Source: Bacteroidia bacterium
GTDB taxonomy: Bacteria > Bacteroidota > Bacteroidia > NS11-12g > UBA9320
Direction of reading: 5' to 3'
Length of the DNA stretch: 64,000 bases
Assembly: GCA_965216465.1 (NCBI GenBank)
Contig: CBDCFW010000001.1
Span: forward strand, 256,001-320,000
The translations under genes were made by a program, and so were the position numbers. The notes beneath the pieces were generated by a model. The model saw only the letters and a list, made by a program, of their open reading frames with translations. It made no database searches and was not told the origin of the DNA. This document shows positions 30,171 to 38,928 of the stretch, in pieces. Every line of letters starts with the position of its first letter. The stretch's first letter is position 1.

Positions 30171-30193
30171 ATTGAGTAGCAAAACTACTCAAT
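30171..30193. promoter_or_regulatory. Perfect palindrome ATTGAGTAG-N5-CTACTCAAT, candidate operator
   Basis: 9-bp perfect inverted repeat ending 8 nt upstream of the wHTH gene start. Confidence 0.6.
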
Positions 30194-31231
30194 TTTATAA
30201 TATTTTTTATACCATTCTATAAATTTATTGATGCCTTCTTGCACCGTTGTTTCGGGTTTAAAGCCAATGTAGTCGTACAATGCCGATACTTCTGCGTAGG
30301 TCGCACGAACATCTCCAGGCTGCATCCCCATGAAGTTCTTTTTTGCTTCAATTCCTAACGCCTTTTCAATAGCTTCGATATATTCCATCAGTCCAACTGG
30401 ACTGTTGTTGCCTATATTGTATATGCTATAAGGTGCAGAGCTTGATTCTGTGCTGGTGTTTTTTGCATCCCAATCAGGACGCTCATGAGGTGGTTTAACA
30501 AGCAGTTTTGAAATCGCTGTTACGATATCGCCGACATAAGTAAAGTCGCGCATCATCTTTCCTTCACCAAATACATTAATAGGTTTGTCTTTAATCATTG
30601 CATCTGCAAACAAGAATAACGCCATGTCTGGCCTTCCCCATGGACCATAAACCGTAAAGAAACGCAAGCCTGTTGTTGGAATCTTAAATAAATGCGAATA
30701 CGAATGTGCCATTAATTCATTGGCTTTTTTCGTTGCAGCGTAAAGTGCCATTGGGTGATCAGTACACGAAGAAGTTTTAAACGGAAGATCTTCGTTTAAT
30801 CCATATACTGAACTGGTCGACGCATAAACTAAATGCTTAACCGGGTTTGCTCTACATGCCTCAAGAATACTCAAGAAACCATTTACATTACTATCTAAAT
30901 AGGTATCTGGATTTTCAAGAGAGTAGCGTACACCAGCTTGTGCGGCAAGATTAATCACATAATCAAATTTCTGTTCGTTAAACAGATTCATTACAGACTC
31001 TCGGTCTTCAAGCTTAAGTTGAATGAAATCTATGTCTCCTTCAACATAGTTTCCGTATGCAATTTGATCTACATTTACACCTTGCAATTTTAGTCGCTCG
31101 TATTTCAAGTTGACATCGTAATAATCGTTGATCATATCAAGACCAACAACTTTATACCCTGCTCTATGCAAAAGCGTAGCAAGGTGATGGCCAATAAATC
31201 CAGCCGTTCCTGTTACAAGTACCTTCTCCAT
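30185..31231 (-). CDS. NAD-dependent epimerase (UDP-glucuronate 4-epimerase-like)
   Basis: TGTAGFIG, NDYYD, LAAQAGVRYS, YAATKK, FFTVYGPWGRPDMA, MQPGDV. Confidence 0.9.
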   Translation of the reverse strand: MEKVLVTGTAGFIGHHLATLLHRAGYKVVGLDMINDYYDVNLKYERLKLQGVNVDQIAYGNYVEGDIDFIQLKLEDRESVMNLFNEQKFDYVINLAAQAGVRYSLENPDTYLDSNVNGFLSILEACRANPVKHLVYASTSSVYGLNEDLPFKTSSCTDHPMALYAATKKANELMAHSYSHLFKIPTTGLRFFTVYGPWGRPDMALFLFADAMIKDKPINVFGEGKMMRDFTYVGDIVTAISKLLVKPPHERPDWDAKNTSTESSSAPYSIYNIGNNSPVGLMEYIEAIEKALGIEAKKNFMGMQPGDVRATYAEVSALYDYIGFKPETTVQEGINKFIEWYKKYYKIE

Positions 31232-32493
31232 TATAATCTTGCGTCTACTTCATTTTTGTCTAATACAGCTTTAATATCAAACACTATAGCATCAGCCGTT
31301 TTGATATCAGATAAATCTAAATTGATGAACTTATCGTGAGCAACGGCTAAAACTACTGCCTTGTATTTGTCTTTAATTTCATCGATGAGGTTTATACCAT
31401 ATTCATGGTTAACCTCGTTGGCATTTGCCCAAGGATCAAAAACGTCAACCTCCACTCCAAAATCCGTAAGCTCGTTGTATACATCAATTGCTTTTGAATT
31501 TCTGATGTCTGGGCAATTTTCTTTAAATGTGATTCCGAGCATAAGAGCCTTTGAATCTTTAATTACATGCCCTTTATCGATCATTAGTTTGATAACCTTT
31601 TTGGCCACCTCTGCACCCATTGAATCATTAATTCTACGACCTGCTAATATTACTTCTGGATGGTAGCCTACTTCTTCAGCTTTAAAAGTCAAATAGTATG
31701 GATCAACACCAATACAATGGCCACCTACCAAACCTGGTTTGAAGGGTAAAAAATTCCATTTTGTTCCAGCGGCTTCTAAAACAGAAGACGTATCAATATC
31801 AAGTTTTTCAAAGATTAGAGACAGTTCATTTACGAAAGCTATATTAATGTCACGTTGGCAATTCTCTATCACCTTAGCAGCTTCTGCCACCTTAAGTGAT
31901 GCAGCTTTAAACGTACCCGCTGTAATAACAGAAGAATATAACTCATCTACTAAATCTGCTATTTCTGGAGTGGACCCTGAGGTTACTTTTTTGATTTTTG
32001 TAACCGTATGAACCTTGTCTCCTGGATTAATTCTTTCTGGAGAATAGCCACAGAAAAAGTCCTTGTTAAAGCTTAATCCACTTTCTTTTTCCAGTATTGG
32101 AACACATACTTCTTCAGTGCAGCCAGGAAAAACAGTTGATTCATAAATTACAATATCACCTTCTTTAAGCACCTTACCAACGCTTGTACTGGATTTAATC
32201 AGCGGGGTAAGATCAGGTCGTTTATTTCGATCAATCGGTGTTGGCACCGTAACCACATAGATTGTGCAGTCAGCAATGTCACTTAACTGTGTTGTGAAAG
32301 ACAGCTGGGTTGAAGACTCTAAATTTTCAGGCTCAACTTCGAGAGTTGAGTCTTCTCCTCTTCTAAGCTCAGCAATACGGTCGTCGTTTATATCAAATCC
32401 TACGGTTTGATAGCGTTTCCCAAATTCTACAGCTAACGGCAGCCCCACATAACCAAGGCCAATTACCGCAATCTTCTTATCGGATAAATTCAA
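31231..32493 (-). CDS. UDP-N-acetylhexosamine dehydrogenase (TviB/WbpO-like); probable start TTG 32493
   Basis: IGLGYVGLPLA, VPTP, YESTV, YSPERINPGD, GGHCIGVDPYYL, TFKENCPDIRN. Confidence 0.9.
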   Translation of the reverse strand: MNLSDKKIAVIGLGYVGLPLAVEFGKRYQTVGFDINDDRIAELRRGEDSTLEVEPENLESSTQLSFTTQLSDIADCTIYVVTVPTPIDRNKRPDLTPLIKSSTSVGKVLKEGDIVIYESTVFPGCTEEVCVPILEKESGLSFNKDFFCGYSPERINPGDKVHTVTKIKKVTSGSTPEIADLVDELYSSVITAGTFKAASLKVAEAAKVIENCQRDINIAFVNELSLIFEKLDIDTSSVLEAAGTKWNFLPFKPGLVGGHCIGVDPYYLTFKAEEVGYHPEVILAGRRINDSMGAEVAKKVIKLMIDKGHVIKDSKALMLGITFKENCPDIRNSKAIDVYNELTDFGVEVDVFDPWANANEVNHEYGINLIDEIKDKYKAVVLAVAHDKFINLDLSDIKTADAIVFDIKAVLDKNEVDARL

Positions 32494-32574
32494 TTGAGTA
32501 ATAATTTGGCACAAAGTTTTAATTTTTCACCTATAACAGAAGTGAGAAACAATAAACATACTAACAATTACTGC

Positions 32575-33081
32575 TCAATTTGTTTTTCTAAAAACATGGT
32601 AAGGCAATCCCACTTTAATGCTTTGCCCTAAGGTCTCAAAACTCACCAAGTATTCTTCGTCGTTGTTTCGTCGTAATATGTCAACTTTTTGTCCTTTCAG
32701 CGGACCTTCGCTAACTATCACATTTTCACCAATTTCGAAGTCCTCAGGCCGATTAATGGTCTCTAAAGAATAACCTGATTCGAGCATATTTTCGATGATT
32801 TTTATCTCTTCTTCACGCACTTCTGCATCACCCTTGTTGTACCTCACGTAAGCAACGACTCCGGCTTGTTGCAGCACTTCATCACGTTGCAATGATGTTG
32901 GTTTAACGAAAAGATAACCAGTAAATAATGGAACTTCAACCCACTTTTTGCGGTCGCTCCATTGACTTAATTTTCGGTATAATGGGAGGTAATGATTTAC
33001 ACCAATTTGTGCCAAACGAAGAGCAACCTTCTTTTCTTGCCTGCTTGCAACATATACTACCTTCCAACCTTGATTTTCCAT
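32575..33081 (-). CDS. upxY: UpxY-family (NusG paralog) transcription antiterminator; probable start ATG 33081
   Basis: WKVVY...EKKV, YLPL...WSDRKK...PLFTGYLFV (NGN domain), GE.V.V.EGPLKG (KOW); first gene of the polysaccharide locus. Confidence 0.9.
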   Translation of the reverse strand: MENQGWKVVYVASRQEKKVALRLAQIGVNHYLPLYRKLSQWSDRKKWVEVPLFTGYLFVKPTSLQRDEVLQQAGVVAYVRYNKGDAEVREEEIKIIENMLESGYSLETINRPEDFEIGENVIVSEGPLKGQKVDILRRNNDEEYLVSFETLGQSIKVGLPYHVFRKTN

Positions 33082-33088
33082 TTTGACT

Positions 33089-33121
33089 AAAAAAAATCCA
33101 GACACAAAGGTCTGGATTTTT
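33089..33121. terminator. Intrinsic terminator downstream of the POT transporter gene
   Basis: AAAAATCCAGAC-6 nt-GTCTGGATTTTT, with an 8-U tract on the minus strand. Confidence 0.8.
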
Positions 33122-33142
33122 CAATATATTTCAGTTCGTGTT

Positions 33143-35110
33143 TTATTCTACGCCGTGCATTAATTTCTTAATTGGATTGTTAACCAACATTATCAATCCT
33201 GAGATTACAAGTAAGATTAGACCAATTTTAGTAAATACGTCAATGTATCTATCTAAACTCTCACCCTGAACCTTGTCAACTTGCTTGTCAAATGCATCTT
33301 TAAGTGAAATGTCGCCTTCAGAAGCCCAATCTTCAATACCACTTCTGAAGTACAACCAGTCTTTCACATTAATATGAGGATTATCTTCATCAGCAAGGTC
33401 ACTCTTAGCAATAGCCGTATAAGCTGTACCAAGTGATGCCCAAGCCTCCTTATTAAGCCAATCTCCAGATGTAGCAAAGGTATCCGAAACCGAACGAGAT
33501 GCTAGCCAATCTTTAAGCGAAACATTAGCGTCCATTCCTTTTCTGAACTCAACCCAATCTCTTGCGTCGAACCAAGATTGATACGTAATGTTCTTACCCA
33601 TATCATATGGTTTTTTGATATCGTCTCCCACTAATGGGCTCCAATCTTCAAAGTTTACGCTTTCAACTTCATCTGCAGCGTCCATCACAGTGTAATCCAT
33701 ATTGAACTCTTCCACTTCTTCTTCATCTCCACCGCCGTGTCCACCACCAGTGTAAGCAGCAATCTTACCACCAAGGAAGTTAGCTATAGCAAAGCTTAAG
33801 AACCAAGCACCCATGGCCGTTCCTGCCATTTTCTTAGGAGATAGCTTTGTTACCATTGAAAGTCCAATAGGCGACAAGAAAAGCTCTCCAGTTGTGTGTA
33901 ACAGGTATAAGAAAACTAAAGTTAATAACGGTACTAGATTTTCTGAAGAGAATTGGTATCCTACATAGGTAATCAAGAATCCAAGTCCTAGTTGAAGAAT
34001 ACCAAAAGCGAACTTCATTGGAATACTAGGATTCCTACCTTTTTCAGATAAACGAATCCACATTTGGGAGAAAATAGAACCAAAAATGATGATAAAAGCA
34101 GGGTTAAATACCTGAGTCATCGAAGCTGGCATCTGCCATCCAAATATGCTTCTATCAACGTTTCTATCTGCAAATAGAGTTAGTGAAGTACCTGCTTGTT
34201 CAAAACAAGCCCAGAATACAATGTTGATTACAATAAAGATGATTAAAGCAATCATCCTATCCTTCCAAATATTCTGCTTTGTTTCCTGATCTTCTTTCAT
34301 CCCTGCCCTCAGTAATGATATCGAAACAAGCACAAAGAGAGCTAAGAAGATGTAATCAAGAAATGAGTTATTTAAGATTAGTGTGTAGCATAAAGGAATA
34401 AGTAAAAGTGAACCTAAGGTAATCACATGAACCATATTAAGTGGTCCAGCAACTTTGCGTTTTCCAGCCTCATGAACATTAAGTCCTGGTGCTTTTTCAA
34501 AGTCTTTTCTATTGCTCCAGAATATGAGTAAACCGAGCAGCATACCGATACCGGCTAGGCCAAATCCTTTGTCAAAACCGTAAGTTTCTCCTACATATGC
34601 AACAACAGATGTAGCTAAGAGAGCACCAATATTGATACCGATATAAAATATAGTAAAACCAGAATCTCTTCTTGGGTCATTGTCTTTGTAAAGCTTTCCT
34701 ACGATGGTTGAGATATTGGCTTTGAAGTAGCCATTACCTATAATTAAGGCACCCATACCAATCAATAAGGCCTCTTCAGTTCCTCCTATAATTAAGAACT
34801 CACCAATTGCCATTAATACAGCACCTAGCATTACGGCATATCGGTAGCCTAAAAACTTGTCGGCCATTCTACCTCCAAGAATTGGAGCAGCATATACCAG
34901 ACCAGTGTATGCACCATAGATCAACGCCGCATCAGCATCCCCTTTCATCAAGGACTTTACCAAATAAAGCATTAAGATGGTACGCATACCATAATAACAG
35001 AACCTCTCCCACATTTCGGAGAAAAACAAGGTCATCAAACCTCGCGGATGGCCATTAGCAATTTTCAGCCATGATCCTTCTATAACATCATTGTTGTTTT
35101 CTTCACTCAT
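33143..35110 (-). CDS. POT/PTR-family proton-dependent oligopeptide transporter with an extra hydrophilic domain
   Basis: GHPRGL..FSEMWERFCYYGMR (ExxERFxYY), FKANIST, FTIFYIGINIG, GELFLSPIGLS. Confidence 0.93.
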   Translation of the reverse strand: MSEENNNDVIEGSWLKIANGHPRGLMTLFFSEMWERFCYYGMRTILMLYLVKSLMKGDADAALIYGAYTGLVYAAPILGGRMADKFLGYRYAVMLGAVLMAIGEFLIIGGTEEALLIGMGALIIGNGYFKANISTIVGKLYKDNDPRRDSGFTIFYIGINIGALLATSVVAYVGETYGFDKGFGLAGIGMLLGLLIFWSNRKDFEKAPGLNVHEAGKRKVAGPLNMVHVITLGSLLLIPLCYTLILNNSFLDYIFLALFVLVSISLLRAGMKEDQETKQNIWKDRMIALIIFIVINIVFWACFEQAGTSLTLFADRNVDRSIFGWQMPASMTQVFNPAFIIIFGSIFSQMWIRLSEKGRNPSIPMKFAFGILQLGLGFLITYVGYQFSSENLVPLLTLVFLYLLHTTGELFLSPIGLSMVTKLSPKKMAGTAMGAWFLSFAIANFLGGKIAAYTGGGHGGGDEEEVEEFNMDYTVMDAADEVESVNFEDWSPLVGDDIKKPYDMGKNITYQSWFDARDWVEFRKGMDANVSLKDWLASRSVSDTFATSGDWLNKEAWASLGTAYTAIAKSDLADEDNPHINVKDWLYFRSGIEDWASEGDISLKDAFDKQVDKVQGESLDRYIDVFTKIGLILLVISGLIMLVNNPIKKLMHGVE

Positions 35111-35174
35111 ATAAAGTTGATTTAAATTTCGGTAAAAATAGATTTTTTACGCGAAATACAAGAAAATAGGCAGC

Positions 35175-37346
35175 TTATAAGTTTTCTATGATAAAGTCGG
35201 TCATACGTGTAAACAAGTGCAAACGCGTATACCCTCCAAAAATACCATGATTCTTGTTTGGATAGAATTCTGAATCGAAAGGAATATTTGAGGCAATCAT
35301 ACTGTTCACCATCTCAACGCTGTTCTGAAAATGAACATTATCATCTCCGGTTCCATGTACGATTAAGTACTTTCCTTTTATGTCTTTTACAAAGTTAATC
35401 GGCGAATTATCATCATATCCAGAAGCATTGTCTTTCGGCAAAGCCATGTATCTTTCTGTGTAGATGTTGTCATAGTATCTCCAATTGGTAACAGGAGCAA
35501 CTGCGATAGCCATTTTAAACACATCATTTCCTTTGGCCAGACATAAGCTGCTCATATAGCCCCCATAACTCCAACCAAAAATTCCAATTCTATCCGAATC
35601 AATGTAAGCCATTTCGCCCAGCACCTTGGCTGCAGCAATTTGATCTTCTGTTTCGTACTTACCCAGTTGTTTGTAAGTCATTTTCTTAAACTCCTCGCCA
35701 CGAGCTCCAGTGCCTCTGTTATCTACAGATACTACAATAACATCGTGCTTGTTAGCTAGCATTTGGTACCAAAAGCTATTGCTGAATCCAAAGTTGTTGG
35801 TCACAGTCTGTGAACCTGGACCACCATATACGTACATGAAAAGAGGGTATTTTTTATTTGGATCAAAGTCGTTTGGCTTGATCATCCAATAATTAAGGTC
35901 TACCCCATTGGCATTTAGCACATCAAATGTAATCTCACTCATTTCGAAGCCTTCCATACGCTTAGCGTATGCTGCATTGTCTTCAACTACTCTAATCTCG
36001 TTCCAATTCTGATCTCTAATTACATACTTATGTGGTTTAAATGCAGCTGTATAACTGTGTAAGACCAAGCTAAAATCTTCACTAAACTTAGCTGTGTGCC
36101 AGCCATCCTCAGTTGAAAGTCTTTTTTTATCTTTTCCTAAGAAAGAAATAGAGTGGATTTGGCGTTGTGTTGGGGAAGTTTCGGCTGAAGTAAAGTAAAT
36201 CACTTCGTTTTTATTATCAACATCAAGTACACGATCAACTTCCCAATTTCCTTTCGTAATCTGGTGAATTTGAGGTCCTTCAATTTTATGGAAGTACAAG
36301 TGTTTATTCCCATCTTTTTCGCTACTCACAATCATGTGCTTACCGTCTTCCAAAAAGAATATCTCATCGGTTATATCAACATAATATTTGTTCGTTTCTT
36401 CAAGTGAGCCATTTACTTCGGTTCCTGTAACCATAAGCAGTTCCCATTTGTTTTGTAGTCTGTTCAATCGTTGAACTGATAAAATCTCAGGATTCTTGGT
36501 CCACTTGATACGAGGCAAGTATTGATCGTTTTCGCTTCCCAATTCAATTTCTTTACATTTTCCTTTTACATCAGAAATAAAAACCTGAACCTTACTGTTG
36601 TCTTCACCCGCTTTTGGATATTTAAACTTGTATTGAAATGGATAGAGATCGCCATACATTGGCATAGTCCATTCTTTTACCGCACTTTCATCAAATCGAT
36701 AGAAAGCAATTTTGGTTCCGTCGACATTCCACTGAAATCCTCTGCTCATACTAAATTCTTCTTCGTACACCCAGTCAACAGCACCGTTAATTATCTTATT
36801 GTACTCACCATCTTTTGTAACTCTTTTCGCCTTTCCTTTGGCAAGGTCCATGATGTAAAGGTCATTGTCATGTACAAAGGCAACATGACTTCCTTGAGGA
36901 TTCATGGTTGGGTATCTTACTTTATCATCTGAGCCATGCATACCTCCAATTACCGACTTTGTTGCCAAATCGATAACTAAAAAGTGAACACGAGTTGAAC
37001 GGCGATAAATTGGTTCAGAGTTAAAGGTAATAAGCACTTGACTTTGAGCTTCATTAAACTTATACGAGTTAAATGTTTTTAAGCTTTCATCTGCGGTAAG
37101 TCCTTTAAGGCTCAAAATTTCTTTCACAAAATCACCGCTTTTGTAGTCGTATTGGTTTATCACCGAATAACCATCTACCGTTTCTTGAATACAATAGCTT
37201 TTGCCATCGTTCAAATTGACAAAACCGCTAATGGTTTTTGGGAAAAATGTGCCTGAGGCCCATATGTCTGTTAATTCAATATCTCGTTTCTGACTGTAGG
37301 TAAATAGTGTACAGCTAATTAGTAATAAGAAAAGTGATTTACGCAT
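35175..37346 (-). CDS. Dipeptidyl peptidase IV (S9B)
   Basis: DWVYEEE, YPKAG, GWSYGG nucleophile motif, HGTGDDNVH, NHGI; signal peptide. Confidence 0.93.
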   Translation of the reverse strand: MRKSLFLLLISCTLFTYSQKRDIELTDIWASGTFFPKTISGFVNLNDGKSYCIQETVDGYSVINQYDYKSGDFVKEILSLKGLTADESLKTFNSYKFNEAQSQVLITFNSEPIYRRSTRVHFLVIDLATKSVIGGMHGSDDKVRYPTMNPQGSHVAFVHDNDLYIMDLAKGKAKRVTKDGEYNKIINGAVDWVYEEEFSMSRGFQWNVDGTKIAFYRFDESAVKEWTMPMYGDLYPFQYKFKYPKAGEDNSKVQVFISDVKGKCKEIELGSENDQYLPRIKWTKNPEILSVQRLNRLQNKWELLMVTGTEVNGSLEETNKYYVDITDEIFFLEDGKHMIVSSEKDGNKHLYFHKIEGPQIHQITKGNWEVDRVLDVDNKNEVIYFTSAETSPTQRQIHSISFLGKDKKRLSTEDGWHTAKFSEDFSLVLHSYTAAFKPHKYVIRDQNWNEIRVVEDNAAYAKRMEGFEMSEITFDVLNANGVDLNYWMIKPNDFDPNKKYPLFMYVYGGPGSQTVTNNFGFSNSFWYQMLANKHDVIVVSVDNRGTGARGEEFKKMTYKQLGKYETEDQIAAAKVLGEMAYIDSDRIGIFGWSYGGYMSSLCLAKGNDVFKMAIAVAPVTNWRYYDNIYTERYMALPKDNASGYDDNSPINFVKDIKGKYLIVHGTGDDNVHFQNSVEMVNSMIASNIPFDSEFYPNKNHGIFGGYTRLHLFTRMTDFIIENL

Positions 37347-37384
37347 CCTTCAATAAATTTGTTTCAATATTAAGCGATTTCAAA

Positions 37385-38770
37385 ATGGATTGGATACAGG
37401 AGCTAAAATTAATTGTCGGAGAGCAAATAATTTCGACAAACACAGAAGTCTTAGAGCGTTATGCCAGTGACTATACTGAAGATTTAAAGCACCTTCCTGA
37501 AGCGGTTGCCACTCCTCAGACAGTTGATCAAATTGCCGAAATTCTGAAGTTTTGCAACAAGCACGAAATCTATGTCACCCCCCGTGGTGCAGGAACTGGT
37601 CTTAGTGGGGGAAGCTTGCCGCACTTAGGCGGACTATCTCTGTCAATGGAAAACTTCAATAAGATTCTTGAAATTGACCCACAAAACTTTCAAGCTACCG
37701 TTGAAAGTGGAGTAATAAACGAAACGTTTCAACAAGCCGTTAAGGAAAAAGATCTTTTCTATCCTCCTGACCCCGCAAGCAAGGGAAGTTGTTTTCTCGG
37801 TGGAAATATCGCACACAGCAGCGGTGGCCCAAAAGCACTAAAATATGGAACCACAAAAGATTATGTTTTAAACCTTGAAGTGGTTTTACCAAATGGCGAG
37901 GTAATTTGGACTGGTGCAGACACCCTTAAAAACAGCACCGGATACAATCTGACTCAACTGTTTATTGGCAGTGAAGGAACGCTCGGCATCGTGACTAAAA
38001 TTGTATTTAAACTTTTGCCACTTCCTAAACACGATTTGCTGATGCTGGCAAAATTCCCATCAATTGTGGATGCATGCAATGCAGTACCTCGAATCTTTAC
38101 CGCAGGGGTAAGCCCAAGTGCCCTTGAATTGATGGAGTCATCGGCTGTCGATTATGTATTGGCCCATTCAGACTTGCAATTCCCTACCGACGCCACGACT
38201 AAAGCCTATTTGCTTATTGAAGTTGACGGCAACGATTTAGAACGACTGTACTCTGATTGCGAAGTTATTAATGAGGTGCTCGAACAACATAATGTTATTG
38301 AAGTTCAATTTGCTGATTCTTCAGACCAAAAAGAACGACTGTGGACCATCCGACGATCGATCGGTGAAAAGGTAAAATTACATAGTATATATAAAGAAGA
38401 AGACACGGTAGTTAAAAGAGCACACCTCCCAGAATTAATGAAAGAAGTCAAAATCATCGGTTCTAAATATGGATTTGATAGTGTTTGCTATGGTCATGCC
38501 GGAGACGGAAATCTTCATATCAATATTCTAAAAGGTGAAATGTCGGATGAAGAATGGAACGGAAATCATTTGGAACAAGGAATCCGTGAAATTTTCAGAT
38601 TATGTAAGAAACTAGGTGGAACCATTAGTGGCGAACATGGTATAGGATTAGTACAGAAAAAGTTTCTAAACGAAGTGTTTGAATCAACCCATTTTGAGCT
38701 ATTAAAAGGCATAAAAAACGTATTTGACCCCAAAAATATCATGAATCCAGGCAAAATTTGGGAAAATTAA
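37385..38770 (+). CDS. FAD-linked oxidase (GlcD / D-2-hydroxyacid dehydrogenase-like); probable start ATG 37385
   Basis: PRGAGTGLSGG, YPPDPAS, GSEGTLG, GHAGDGNLH, ISGEHGIG, MNPGK; TAAATTTG box at 37354-37361. Confidence 0.9.
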   Translation: MDWIQELKLIVGEQIISTNTEVLERYASDYTEDLKHLPEAVATPQTVDQIAEILKFCNKHEIYVTPRGAGTGLSGGSLPHLGGLSLSMENFNKILEIDPQNFQATVESGVINETFQQAVKEKDLFYPPDPASKGSCFLGGNIAHSSGGPKALKYGTTKDYVLNLEVVLPNGEVIWTGADTLKNSTGYNLTQLFIGSEGTLGIVTKIVFKLLPLPKHDLLMLAKFPSIVDACNAVPRIFTAGVSPSALELMESSAVDYVLAHSDLQFPTDATTKAYLLIEVDGNDLERLYSDCEVINEVLEQHNVIEVQFADSSDQKERLWTIRRSIGEKVKLHSIYKEEDTVVKRAHLPELMKEVKIIGSKYGFDSVCYGHAGDGNLHINILKGEMSDEEWNGNHLEQGIREIFRLCKKLGGTISGEHGIGLVQKKFLNEVFESTHFELLKGIKNVFDPKNIMNPGKIWEN

Positions 38771-38836
38771 TTTTTGACTTCGATTCAACTCTAAATCACT
38801 CTTTATCAGGTTTTTGCAAAATTCTTAATTTGTAAA

Positions 38837-38863
38837 GCCTACCCCCTAGTAGGTATTTTTTTT
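38837..38863 (+). terminator. Possible weak intrinsic terminator after the FAD oxidase gene
   Basis: GCCTAC-6 nt-GTAGGT followed by A and T8. Confidence 0.4.
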
Positions 38864-38872
38864 AGAAATTTC

Positions 38873-38904
38873 TTGTTTTAAGGAAAATTTTATCTCTACA
38901 TTTG
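38873..38904 (+). promoter_or_regulatory. Bacteroidota housekeeping promoter (TTG-N21-TACATTTG)
   Basis: Matches the -33/-7 consensus, 24 nt upstream of ATG 38929. Confidence 0.65.
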
Positions 38905-38928
38905 TAGCACTACTATTTATTACTACTT

